From Mobula hypostoma (lineage: Eukaryota): a stretch of DNA of 64,000 nucleotides. Below the pieces are notes generated by a model that saw nothing but the letters and a program-made list of their open reading frames with translations, was not told the origin of the DNA and searched no databases. A program made the translations under genes and the position numbers. Shown one piece after another: positions 52,074-64,000 of this stretch (its first letter is position 1; each line of letters starts with the position of its first letter). The stretch is taken from positions 146,322,001 to 146,386,000 of the forward strand of contig NC_086097.1 of NCBI RefSeq assembly GCF_963921235.1. The letters run 5' to 3'.

Positions 52074-53269
52074 CTGTTGAGAGAATACAGGAATATCCAT
52101 GAGTCACCAAAAGCATTTTCCTAACAAAAGGGGCAATTTGCCAAAAATAAAATGGGAAGTGCATCAACCTCAAGAGATTCACAAAGCTTAAGGGAGCTTA
52201 AAAGGGGTAAATGTGTTTAAATGATAAAGGTTGCTGCACAATAAATGCTTTTTAATCTGAAAATCTGAAAATAAAATATTAATAATTGATCTTTATTTCC
52301 ACTTGTAGCATAATACTTTCAATTCTGCACGTGAAAAATTTTGTCATAATATTAGACAAGCACTGGATATGACTCAAATGAGTTTCAGTCTCTCAAATTG
52401 ATAGAAATGGCATGGCAGATGAAATTAAAATGTTTACTGCTTTTCTCTTCATACAGATGCTTTCTGATGTATACATCATTTTTTTTCAATTCCAATAATC
52501 AGAGTACATGGCATTACTCTAATGTAAATGTTATTGTAGTAACATTTAATTGAAAGTATGCTGTTATCAATGGTTCTTCAATCCAGCAGTCAGGCATCAT
52601 TTTAGTTGACCCGTGTAAGGGTTATGGTTGCAGACATGCACTCCGTGAACAAGCAAGAAAAAGTAACCTACAAAACATTTGACAGCATGGTATGTAATGG
52701 GTTGAAATAGCTTTTCATTGTAAATCTCTGTAACTCCATTAACAATTCTCCATCAAATTACCATCGATATTATATATGACTAGAAGGAACATTTTTGATT
52801 TCTTAACCACCAGTCTGTCCTTAACATGATCACCATTAACTTTAATCCATAGCAGCCTACACGATGCTGAAAATGCCAAAACCTTACTAAGAAACAAGAC
52901 CACTTTGGGAACAGGCAACATGCTGTTGAAGTTGCAAGTTTCAAGTACAAATTCCATACATCTAGAAGTAGAGTGGACTTGATCTTTGTTATACAACTTC
53001 ATAAAATGTAAACTGCAGCACCAGCTGACACATGTGACCTTTCTCTACACCGCCCCCCCCCCCAAAAAAAGAAACCTTTTGACTCCAACTGGGATGAACT
53101 GGAGTACTCTTATCAAATTTAGTTGGCTACATCCATTAGCTTCATGGGAGCTTGCAAGTGGTGATCCAAAACAAGATGTCCACAACAGCAACTCTCAACG
53201 AAGACCAACATCAGAGAAGTCTGCATCATTGCCTGGATACTTCTATCAATTCATTATCACAATGCTATA

Positions 53270-53730
53270 CCACACTAACAAATTAGGTTACAGCGCCTAA
53301 TGGCAGAGGGTAAGAATGACCTCGTATAGTGGTCTTGGGAGCAGCGCAGTCGTCTTAGTCTATTACTAAAAGTGCTCCTCTGTTCAGCTAAGGTGGCATG
53401 AAGAGGTTGAGAAACATTGTCCAGAATTGCCAGAATTTTCTGTAGGATCCTTTGTTCTACCACAGCCTCCTAAAACAGAACCAGCCTTTCTAATCAGTTT
53501 ATTGAGCATGTTGGCATCACCCATATTGATGCCATTGCCCCAGCGCAGCACAGCACAGATGATTGCACTGGTGACAACAGACTAGTAGAACATGTACAGA
53601 GGAGGCCTGTATACTCCAAAGGACCCCAGTTTCCTCAGGAAGTAGAGGCGACTCTCATCCTTCTTGTATAGCCTGTGTTGGTGCTCCACTCAAATCTGTC
53701 ATCCAGGTGTGCCTCTACGTACTTGTAGGT
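53270..53730 (-). mobile_element. Rex1/Babar-clade LINE fragment
   Basis: ORF 53275..53463 (ILDNVSQPLH...RSFLPSAIR), homologous to 45600-45800. Confidence 0.7.
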
Positions 53731-54034
53731 CTTCAGCACATGCTAGAGTTAAGAGATTGAGTAGCCAGGGACTATACCAACTGGAATTAAGAAGAATGTG
53801 GACAGCTTACAGAAATAAAATTATGAAAAATAGAGATAAGAGATAGATGAGCTCTCATTTTATTTGCCTTCTGTCTATGATTATTTCATTCATTGCATCT
53901 TCTCATTACAGTCATCTGCAACTACTGAATATCTCCAGCAATTTTTGTTTGCATTTCAGATCAGTAATTTATTTTTGCTATTTGAATGAAGTCATATTTG
54001 GAAATCTTATATCAGCTTACTACTTAATTCAGGG

Positions 54035-55452
54035 TTTTAACCATCGTCCCCGTGCCGAAGAAGCTTTCAGTGTCCTGTCTCAACGACTACCGTCCTGTCG
54101 CACTCACATCCATCATCATGAAGTGCTTCGAGAGGCTCGTCATGAGGCACATCAAGACCCTGCTGCCCACCTCATTGGACCCCTGCAGTTCACGTACCTT
54201 CCCAACCTTTCAACAGATGACGCCATTGCCATCACTCTCCACCTGCCCCTAACCCACCTGGACAAAAAAGACGTACATTCAAATGCTGTTCATAGACTTC
54301 AGTTCAGCATTCAACACAATCATTCCTCAGAAACTGATTGGAAAGCTGAGCCTACTGGACCTGAACACCTCCCTCTGCAAATGGATCCTAGAATTCCTGA
54401 CTGGGAGACCTCAGTCAGTCTGGATTGGAAGCAGCATCTCCAACACCATCACACTGAGCACGGGGGTCCCCCAGGGCTGTGTGCTCAGTCCACTGCTGTT
54501 CACTCTGCTGACCCACGACTGTGCTGCAACACACAGCTCGAACCACATCATCAAGTTCGCCAATGGCACGACCATGGTGGGTCTCATCAGCAAGAACGAT
54601 GAGTCAGCATACAGAGAGGTGGTGCAGCGGCTAACAGACTGGTGCAGAGCCAACAACCTGTCTCTGAATGTGAACAAAACAAAAGAGATGGTTGTTGACT
54701 TCAGGAGGACACAGAACGACCACTCTCCGCTGAACATCGATGGTGTTCACCTGGCAGAGAATCTCACCTGGTCCCTCAACACCAGCTCCATTGCAAAGAA
54801 AGCCCAACAGCGTTTCTATTTTCTGCGAAGGCTGAGAAAAATCCATCTCCCACCCCCCATCCTCACCACATTCTACAGAGGTTGTATTGACAGCATCGTG
54901 AGCAGCTGCATCACTGCCTGGTTCGGAAATTGCACTATCTCAGATCACAAGACCATGCAGCGGATAGTGAGGTCAGCTGAGAAGATCGGGGTCTCTCTTC
55001 TCGCCATTACAGACATTTACACCACATGCTGCATCCGTAAAGCAAACAGCATTATCAAGGACCCCACACACCCCTCATACAAACTCTTCTCCCTCCTGCC
55101 ATCTGAAAAAAGGCACCGAAGCATTTGGGCTGTCACGACCAGACTATGTAACAGTTTCTTCCCCCGAGCTATCAGACTCCTCAATACCCAGAGCCTGGAC
55201 TGACACCAACCTACTGCCCTCTACTGTGCCTATTGTTTTGTTTATTATTTATTGTAATGCCTGCACTATTTTGTGCACTTTATGCAGTCCTGGGTAGGTC
55301 TGTAGTCTAGTGTAGTTTTGTGTTGTTTTACATAGTTCAGTGTAGTTTTTGTATTGTTCATGTAGCACCATGGTCCTGAAAAACATTGTCTCGTTTTTAC
55401 TGTGTACTGTACCAGCAGTTATGGTTGAAATGACAATAAAAAGTGACTTGAC
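54035..55452 (+). mobile_element. Rex1/Babar-clade LINE, 5'-truncated
   Basis: ORFs 54052..54252 ([11 protein letters not shown]) and 54283..55203 ([42 protein letters not shown]); AATAAA and (GACTT)n tail. Confidence 0.9.
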
Positions 55453-55879
55453 TAATGTAGAATGTGCTTCAATCTGAAGTCAGAACCAAAGAACATGAGG
55501 TGAAGCCACAGAAGACTTTGAAGAGGCTAGTGACATGGTGAAGATAGGAGAAAAATAAGATTAGCACTGAAGAGAATGGGGCATGATTTCTTGCAATAAC
55601 TGAACAGAGGTAGACTAGAAGTACCAATCAAAACTGGCTGAGCAGTGGGAGCAATTGAAAATAGTTGGAAAATACATGATAACAGGAGATAGAAATCTAC
55701 CATGATTTTTTTTCCACATAAGCCTGAAAAACTGAAATTCACAGGAATTAAACAAAGTAGAATGCAAATAATTATTCAAACAGAAACTTGGAACTCCATA
55801 TAACGAAATAAAAACTTAATTTAATTATTCAATGATGTGAAGATAAAGTATACATTTCTAACACAAGGCATTCTATACA

Positions 55880-56650
55880 TTTGATATACATAGCAAAAGG
55901 ATAACTAGAGAGGGTAGATCACTCGAGGACAAAGGGGGGAACATTTGTTTGGATGCTGAGGATGTGAGTGAGGTTGTTAATGAGTACTTTACATCAATAT
56001 TTACCCAGAAGGACTGTGGAGATCAGTGCTAAGTATATTGAGATGCTCAGGTGTTGAAAGTTAGAAGTGTACTGTTGGGTCTCTTAAAGAGTGTTAGGGT
56101 GGGCAAGTCCCCAGGGCCTTATGGGATATACCCAAGATAATTAAGAGGCAACAGGAGAGATTGCTGGGCCCTGACCAGCATCTTTTTTATCCTCCCCAGC
56201 CACATGCAAGGTCCCTGAGATTTAGCAAGTAGCTAATCTTGTTCCATTATTCAAGAAGGGAACCAGGGATAATCATGGAAACTATAGACCTGTGAGTCTG
56301 ATGTCGGTGGTAGAAAAGTTACTGGACAGAATTCTTAGGGATAGGATTTAAGAGCATTTGGAAAGCCATGGCCTAATTAGCGAGAGCCGGCATGGCACTG
56401 TGCAGGGCAAGTTACATCTTTCTAACTACATAAAAGTTTTTCAATGAGGTGACAAGGGCGATTGATGAAGGAAGAGCTATGGATGTTGCTTACATGATGT
56501 TATTAAACACGAGAAAGTCTGAGATGCTGGAAATCCAAAGCAACACACACAAAATATGATACAGATAGATGGGGGATTCGTGGTTAATTGGCCATTTGGA
56601 TTCAGAACAGGCTTGCCCATAGAAGAAAGATGGTAGTGGTGAAAGGAACA
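55880..56650 (+). mobile_element. CR1 LINE ORF2 fragment (decayed)
   Basis: KSPGP.GIYPR, VPLFKKG.RD..GNYRPVSL motifs. Confidence 0.7.
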
Positions 56651-57499
56651 TACACTTTTACCTGCTAGACTAAGTAACTTGGATACAGGTCAGAATTTTG
56701 TGAATGGAGGCATGAAAAGCAGAAGTGAAAAGCAGTCAATGGGGACAAAATTTTACAGTGCAGGTTAGCTTTAAAACACAGGGCAAGACAGTAATGCAAC
56801 TGTTACTAATGCTGCATTATGGCTTCAAGGACCTGGTTCAATCCTGTGTGGAATTTGTACATTCTCCCCATTAAGGTTACTATAAATTACCCTACACTGC
56901 GAGTGTAAAGAAAGGGGCTCTGACAGACACACCAGTGAAATATGCTGAAGACCATGGGGAAAATGACGAAACTAACAAGGCTACACTGGGAGCTATCATC
57001 ATCCTAATAGGCTGAATGGTCTCATGTTCAAACAGAAGTAAACAAACATCCATAAGCATGAGCGGAGAACTTTGAGTGTGAAGAATAGATGGGAGGTTGT
57101 CATGTCTCTTGACCCCTCTTTTGTCACCAAATTGTCAAATTTCAACATTTAGGACAAGATAAATTGACATTTTTAAATACATTGGAGAGCAAAGGAATCT
57201 TTTTGGCTCCTCTTAAAACTCCAACGCTCCAACTTTCTGGTACTGAACAACACCGTTTGCAATAATAGTGCCATATTTAATTCAGGAACAAGACCAGCAA
57301 TGCTCAAGTTAGGACCCAATATACCCTTACGAAAGTCTGTGTCACAACACTCCTTCGAAATATATCTGTGAGATTTACTGAGTTAAAGTCAAAGTTTACA
57401 GGTGAAATTACATCTTTTTCTGACACCCAAGGAGTGAAAATACAAAAAATATGTAGCTTCATACACTCTGGGGTGGAAATGAGTTGACATGGAGAAGCT

Positions 57500-57686
57500 A
57501 CACACATCAAAAACGCTGGTGAATTCAGCAGGCCAGGCAGCATCTCTAGACGAAGTCCTAACGAAGGGTCTCCGCCTGAAACGTCGACTGTACCTCTTCC
57601 TAGAGATGCTGCCTGGCCTGCTGCGTTCACCAGCAACTTTGATGTATGTTGCTTGAATTTCCAGGATCTGTAGAATTCCTCGTGTT
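57500..57686 (+). mobile_element. Penelope-derived hairpin mini-element with hammerhead core
   Basis: 57556-57686 nearly matches 42877-43010; 57500-57549 is an inverted copy of 57600-57650; flanked by GTTGACATGGAGAAGCT (57483-57499, 57684-57700). Confidence 0.85.
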
Positions 57687-58094
57687 GACATGGAGAAGCT
57701 GCCTTATCTAAAGGATTTTTTAAAATACATGGCACCTTCTCGAATTTCAAGTTCATTAATGACATGATTGTTCCATTGTGATAGACTGTATTGCCAACAA
57801 TGCTGAGATGGGACATCACAAAATTTGCCCAAGGTATCAAAACAACTCAACTCTTAACATCAGCAAGATGAAAGAACTGGTAACTGTCCTAAGGAGGTGG
57901 AGCGGGAGGGAGAAAGTAAAAGAAGGTTGTAGGGTGGGCATTTGATTTTCCCTACAATAGCTCTCCTTAATGAAGATAGTTACTTATGAAAGTATACAAA
58001 TTAGAGATTTTCATTTCTTTATGATTTATCCAATACCACAATATACAAAGACCAAGTAGCACAAGTTCACTTACTCCTTCCTGACCAAGAACTC

Positions 58095-58477
58095 AATCTG
58101 TTTAGCTGCTGTAATATGAACATAGTCCAGTGCTTCAGAAAAGGCAGCACCCATTATTAAGGACCCCCATCAGTCACGGCATACCCTCTTCTCTGTTACC
58201 GTCAGAAAGGAGATACGGAAGCATGTACTCAGCTATTCAGACGCAGTTCCTTCCCCTCTGCCATCCGATTCCTAAATGGACATTGAACCCATGAACACTA
58301 CCTCACTTTTTTTTCCATTATTATTTGTTTTTGCACTATTTTTAATTTAATATAGGTATATACTTACTGTAGCTGATTTACTTTATTTTTCTATATCATG
58401 TACTGCATTGTACTATTTCTGCTAAATTAACAAATTTCATAACTTGTGCTGGTGACATTAAACCTGATTCCGATTCG
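58095..58477 (+). mobile_element. Rex1/Babar-clade LINE 3' end
   Basis: Homologous to 24850-25225 (gccatccgattcctaaatggacattgaaccc; GATTC tail). Confidence 0.75.
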
Positions 58478-58597
58478 AAAGCACATGAACAGGCCTTTTG
58501 GCCCACCAGTCTGCGCTGACCAATACCGCCAAACAAAACTACTTCCAAGTGCCCAAATACGATTCATATCCCTCTATTCCCTATCTGTCCATGTGCA

Positions 58598-59637
58598 TAA
58601 TTGCAAGAAAAAGTTTGCAAACCCTTTGAATTACCTGGTTTTTGCATTACTTATAAAATGTGGTCTGATCTTCATCTAAGTCACAATAATAGAAATACAA
58701 TCTGACTAAACTAACACACAAACAATTGTGCTTTTCATGTCTTTATTGTTATAGTGCTTAATCATTCAATATCCAGGCTGCAAAAGTATGTGAACCATTG
58801 TATTTAATAACCAGTAGAACCTCCTTTAGCAGCAAAACCTACACCAGAAGGCTGTGGAACATTCAGGTGGACTTGCAAACGTGCAAAAGATGTGCAGCAA
58901 TGTTTTGTTTTAAAAAAAAGAGCAGTGGTATCCTTTGTGATGTCCTTCCACAAACACTATTCTTGTTCAATTTAAAAAAAAATAGGGGACACATGAACAG
59001 AGACTTTAGCAAGCTCCAGAAATTTCTGCACCTCTTGCTGTTACCCTTGGGTTCCTTTTCACCTCCTTCAGCATTGCACGTTGTGCTTTTGGTGTGATCT
59101 TTGCAGGATGCCTACTCCTAAGGAGAGTTTCCTCCATTTGTAGATAATTTCCCTTACTACGGACTGATGAACATGCAGGTCTTTAGAAATACGTTTGTAG
59201 TCTTTTCCAGCTTGATGCATCTTCTAAGATCTTCTGAAAGTTGTTTTGATTGAGGCATGGTGCACATAAATAGATCTTTCTTGAGAAGAGCAGAATCTGT
59301 CAGAAACCTGACTTGGTGTGTCTTTTTTAAAAATAGGGCACGGCGTCTCTACAATTCACACTTCAAATCTCATCTCATTGAGTGGAACACCTGACTCCAA
59401 CTAGCTTTTGTAGAAGGCATCACCCCCCCCCCACATAATTTTTTTGAACCAACACTGATTGTTCAAATGGTGTGTTCAGTATTGACGAGAAGTAGTATAA
59501 TTGTTTGTGTTACTAACTTAGGCAGATTGTGTTTATCTATTAGTGTTACTCAGATGAAGATCATACCACATTTTATGAGTAATTAATGCAGAAAACTAGG
59601 TAATTGCGTAGGGTTTGCAAGCTTTTTCTTGTGACTG
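58598..59637 (-). mobile_element. Internally deleted Tc1-family transposon inside a CR1 3' end
   Basis: Long imperfect inverted ends (TTGCAAGAAAAAGTTTGCAAACCC / GGGTTTGCAAGCTTTTTCTTGTGACTG|TA); minus-strand N-terminus MPQSKQLSEDLRR...AGKDYKRISKDL from ~59257. Confidence 0.75.
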
Positions 59638-61744
59638 TATATGTCTCTTAAAATGTTATTTATATAGAGATACAGCACAGAATAGGCCCTTCCGCACAAT
59701 GAGCCACACAGCCCAACAATCCTAGCCTAATCACAGGACCATTTACAATGACCAATTAATCTACTATCATATCTGTTTTGTCCACGGCCCTTAGCAGCAT
59801 GGTTGAATCACCTACTACTCCATGTAAAAATTACTTACAAAACTCATTTACTTTTAAATTTACCCCTTATCTTTAAACTCATGTCCTCTAATATTTGACA
59901 ATTCAGGGGGGTGGGGGAGGAGGAAGAGACTGTTTGAAATATATTAAATTACCAGAGGCGTACCCTATCAAGTTGTCTTCAAACTCTGATGCGCCAGATA
60001 AAATTAACCACACCTGCCCAATCTTTCCTTAGTGCTGATACACTCCAATCCTTCTGCATCCTCCCCAAATCCTTCATATTGTTTCTATAGTGTAGGGACC
60101 AGAACTAAACACGATACCGCAAAAAGTGACTTAAGTTTTATTCAGCCAGAATGTGATTTCCCAACTTTTAATCTTAATGTCCTAACTAATGAAGGCAAGA
60201 ATGCCACGTCTTCTTTAAGAACAGAGATCATGACAAAGCACATGTAGCTGATATTATAAACCTGACCACATACTCACTTCTGTAACACATTTAGAACATT
60301 CTGATATCGGCTTTCAATAACAGCATTAAATCACACAGCAAGATGTACAGAACAATGGATCTCCACTAAAATGACGACAGTTGATTCACTGGGATCAAAA
60401 TCATCGGATTTTAGTAACCTTTCAAAGGAAAGGTTTCTTATTCATTGTTTGGGACCTCAGCATTTCTGACAAGGCCCGCATGTTATTGGCCGTCTCTAAC
60501 TGAAGTCAAGAAAGTGGTGGGGTGGGGGGGAGGGGGTGTCTTGAACTACTGTTACTCTTCAGGCAAAGTTACTCAGACTGCTGCTTGGGAGGGAGTTTGG
60601 AGATAGAAGGTATAGGTACAGATGAGAGAGGTACCAAGGATTAATTCTGAAGACCAAACTGGAAAAACAGATTTCGTTTCTATGCTGAATTCACCTTATT
60701 CAAAATTACAGAAAAGCAAAGCAGCTGATGGAAAATAAAATCTGGAGAGATCAACATGAGGTGAAGAGATAGACTTGGATATAATCATGTATACACAGGA
60801 GACATTTAGGAATATCAAGGAAGAAAGCAAAGAGTGAAATCTTTCTATTTATACTTCTGCTGAGGCAAACTAACCAGTCTGACACCAGGTTAAATGCCTC
60901 AAAGACTACAAATTAAGAAACTTAACTTTCATACAAACCTTTTAACTGAGGAAAAACTCCCAAGATAACAGACACCCAAATGAAAAATTATCAGAAATCT
61001 AATACTTATGATTTAAATGTATTTCAACAAGGCAGTAACACTCAGAATCTTAAATTAAAACTCAAGGCAATGCTTTCAGTAAGCTTCTTCATCAGAGCAA
61101 ATGCTACAGAGCTAAGGGCCAAAAACAGGAAATGGGATCAACATAAAAGCATTTAGGGCTGGCCGAGACACAAGGATGAAAAGTCTCAATCTGTACCTTT
61201 GATTTCAACAAACTCTAATCTCATTGAAGGACAGATTATTTACAAATTTGGTGTCTGATTATAATAGAAACTGTTCACTTTGAAACAATGTAATCTCATC
61301 ATTGTGATCACTAGGAAACATGGAAGAATAAAACAAACAGTCACACAAATGAATGTACAGCTTTGGATATTTAACTTGGTTATTACAAAGAGTACAAGTA
61401 TAACTCTTTGACATAAGATCACACACTGCTAGGCTAAAGCTGTCAATTTAAGATCTCTGCTGTGATAGTCCGGTATTATATTAAAGGACAAAAGCGCAAG
61501 TGGCATTCTACTGCTACAATTGCATCAATGGTATTACTACTCAGCCACAAAAATTCAGCAAATAAATATTTTTTTTTAAAATCGCTTAATAGTAAACTAA
61601 ACAATATACAATTAAATAATTAGTAGGACTTATATGAGTCGGGTGGTTTTGGAGTTCAAGCCCCTTCAACAAACTCATACCAAAAGTTAACAATAGCTTG
61701 CTGGATTCTGCTGCAGCTGTTACTAAGAGGACTTCATATAGTGA

Positions 61745-62055
61745 TAGGCACCACTATAGCATAGTCGTTAATGCAGCTCCATTACAACTCAGCCGGAGTA
61801 TGAAGTTCAATTCCAGCGCCGTCTGTAAAGAGTCTCTGTATGTCTTCCATGTGGAATGCATAGGTTTTCTCCAGGTGCTCTGGTTTCCTCCCAGAGTCCA
61901 AAAACATACCAGGTAGGTTAATAGATCATTGTAAATTGTCCCATGATTAGGTTAGGATTAAATCGGGGTAATCGGGGTTGTCGGGGGTTGCCGAGGTAAA
62001 GTGGCTCGAAGGGCTGGAAGGGCCTACTCCGTGCTGTATCATTAAATAAATGAAA
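61745..62055 (+). mobile_element. V-domain SINE
   Basis: B-box GTTCAATTCC, V core, CR1-like tail gggcctactccgtgctgtatc, TAAA end. Confidence 0.75.
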
Positions 62056-62857
62056 TACTTACAGTCAAGATCAATGGCATTCTGTACACGTCCTCATACG
62101 CAAGGATGAGAGGTTTTAAGAATAGGCTGCAGCACACATTCCAGGAGGTGCAAAGTACAGTTATTACGGGCCTGAAATGATTTTTATCTTGAAGAAGCCC
62201 AATAGCATATCTAGTTGAGATGCTGCCTCAGCGTTCCAGTGCTGTCTATGGAGTTTGCACATTCTTGCTATGACTATTCTCCAAGAGTCAAGTAAGTTGC
62301 CTTTAGTGTGCAAGAGTGGTAGAATCTGGGTGAAGGGCGGGGGGGGGGGGGAGTGATAGGAATTTAAGGAAGATCGATTACAAGGAAAATTAGTTGCAGA
62401 ATAGGATCGCTTTGAGGTAGACTCAAATCAAAAATGTGTAATATAGAACTAAAAAAACTAAATCTTACTCAGAAAAAAAACAAACATTAATTCCATTCTG
62501 CATCATTACTTGACAGCTACCCTTTTTTCTATCCTCCATTTGCTTCATCCTTGGAGATCACACAGTGGAACATCAATAACTCCTCCTATTTATATTACCA
62601 CATGGATGGATCCTGATGTTTTGGATCCGAGGTTCTTCAGAAGTCAAGAATGAGACACAAAAGTTGCTTACTGCCATTTTAAAAAAAGTTAATCACTAAA
62701 AGAACAAATTAAGGGTAATTCCACTGAATTTCCATAGATAACTGTTAACAGAAGATGGCCTCCATTCAAGTAATTTGAAACCTACCATTGAAACCAATAA
62801 GTTTCCAGAAAAATACAGAGGAACTGTAACCACTAGAAACCCCACTGAACAATTAGA

Positions 62858-63137
62858 TTTATTTTATTGAGATACAGCACAGAATAGGCCCTTCTGTCTC
62901 TTCAAACTGTGCTGCCCAGCAATCCCCTAATTCAATCTTGGCTGAATCACACAACAATTTTTCAACGACCAATTAACAGTACATCTTTGGACTGTGGGAG
63001 GAAGCCGGAGCACCCGGAGGAAATCCCCGCAGTCACTGGGAAAACGTACAAGCTCCTTACAAGCAGCTGCGGGAATTGAACCTGGGTCACTCATACTGTA
63101 AAGCGTTGTGCTAACCACTACACTACCGTGCTGCCCC
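62858..63137 (-). mobile_element. V-domain SINE, well preserved, with Pol III A/B boxes
   Basis: Minus strand GGGGCAGCACGGTAGTGTAGTGGTTAGC...GGTTCAATTCC, V core, tail GGGCCTATTCTGTGCTGTATCTCAATAAA. Confidence 0.8.
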
Positions 63138-64000
63138 AGCTGGTAATTATATAAATATAAACAAGCACAAGTTAAATAAACAAGGCAAATAATTATACAG
63201 TACAATCCAACACTATTATTGCAGTCTTCTTACACACAATCACTCCTCCATTTTGAACATACACATTGCGCAATCATGTTTGCTTTTTAGTTCAATAGTG
63301 CAATCCAATCAAATAATATTTTTTCTCTAATGATTGCTGCCCCTTTTCCTCAATTTCAGATCCTCTTTCTTTTACTGAATGTAGAGAGAAAAACGGGTTC
63401 AAGCTTTATCGTTAAACATGGGCATGAAATCAAAATTACCTTTTAATAAGTGCTTCAAATCAGAAGCATTTTAAAATCAAGTGTACTTATTAGTTTTGAT
63501 GACTAGATTCTACAACTTGTATCCCATGCTGACCTTCCATAGCTTAGACATTGCTGGTCTTGGCAAAATCACTGGTCACTTCAATGCACATCATTGCCCC
63601 TACCAACTCTTAACAGCAATATCGATAACAATATGCTGAAGCAGCTCAGGAGGCCATACAGCATCTGTGGAAGGAAATAAATTGTTAGTGCTTCGGGTTG
63701 AAACTCTGTATCAGTACGGGACCTTGCGGGGTTTCTCCAGATTCCAGCATCTGCAGTTCCTTGTGTCTCCCACAATAAAGATAAACTATTTGTATAACGA
63801 TTTCCAGGTAGGAACCAGTCTCATGGTAGCTCATAGGAAGTAAATAAATTCCAACACTAAACCACACAAGAATAAGCTATAGTAGGCCCTGTTAATGCAG
63901 GCAGTTTTAAGTTTAAAAGGAAGGGAGCGAGGTAGAGGTAGGGGATAATAAGTGAAATTCAGAATTCAAAGACCTTTCTAGCACAAGTGTCAAATTGAAT

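Noticed and set aside
53847..54602. 251-aa ORF with a hydrophobic N-terminus
   Set aside because: Alternative frame of the Rex1 element plus AT-rich flank; no recognisable domain.
53270..55452. Oppositely oriented Rex1 pieces as a third twin-priming event
   Set aside because: They overlap in ORF coverage, look like different subfamilies, are ~300 bp apart and share no TSD.
63060..63137. tRNA gene
   Set aside because: The tRNA-like A/B-box head runs straight into the V-SINE body and tail; it is a SINE head.
52074..64000. Upstream OXSR1 exon (GSGATAVVQ...VAIKRINLEKC) or promoter
   Set aside because: No such coding segment or CpG island found by eye; VKDRLVVK in ORF 52739..53002 is a chance resemblance. 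A short exon could have been missed.

Overview
Vertebrate genomic DNA, most likely a cartilaginous fish (shark/ray), inferred from the repeat mix: V-domain tRNA-SINEs with CR1 tails, CR1, Rex1/Babar, Penelope, RTE, Tc1, pogo/Tigger, hAT and Gypsy. The whole window lies inside one minus-strand gene, a STE20/GCK-VI kinase best matching OXSR1 (OSR1; STK39/SPAK is the paralogous alternative). Seven consecutive coding exons (109, 142, 56, 110, 102, 134, 49 bp) have GT-AG boundaries and compatible phases; the start and the C-terminal exons were not found in the window. The introns are mostly layered transposable elements. Most notable: (i) a rDNA ITS2/28S 5'-end fragment joined to a LINE-type tail inside a Tigger-like DNA transposon; (ii) a Penelope element with a minimal hammerhead ribozyme, plus a ~185-bp hairpin mini-element with the same ribozyme core and a 17-bp flanking duplication; (iii) two TSD-bounded LINE insertions (RTE and L1) with twin-priming-type 5' inversions; (iv) a young Gmr1-like Gypsy element keeping gag(SCAN)-protease with a gutted pol and an antisense related solo LTR inside gag; (v) a full-length IR/DR Tc1 element; (vi) an unexplained pre-miRNA-sized hairpin. 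Exon, LTR, TIR and TSD coordinates were read base by base; boundaries of decayed LINE/SINE pieces are approximate and family names come from motif recognition, not database searches.
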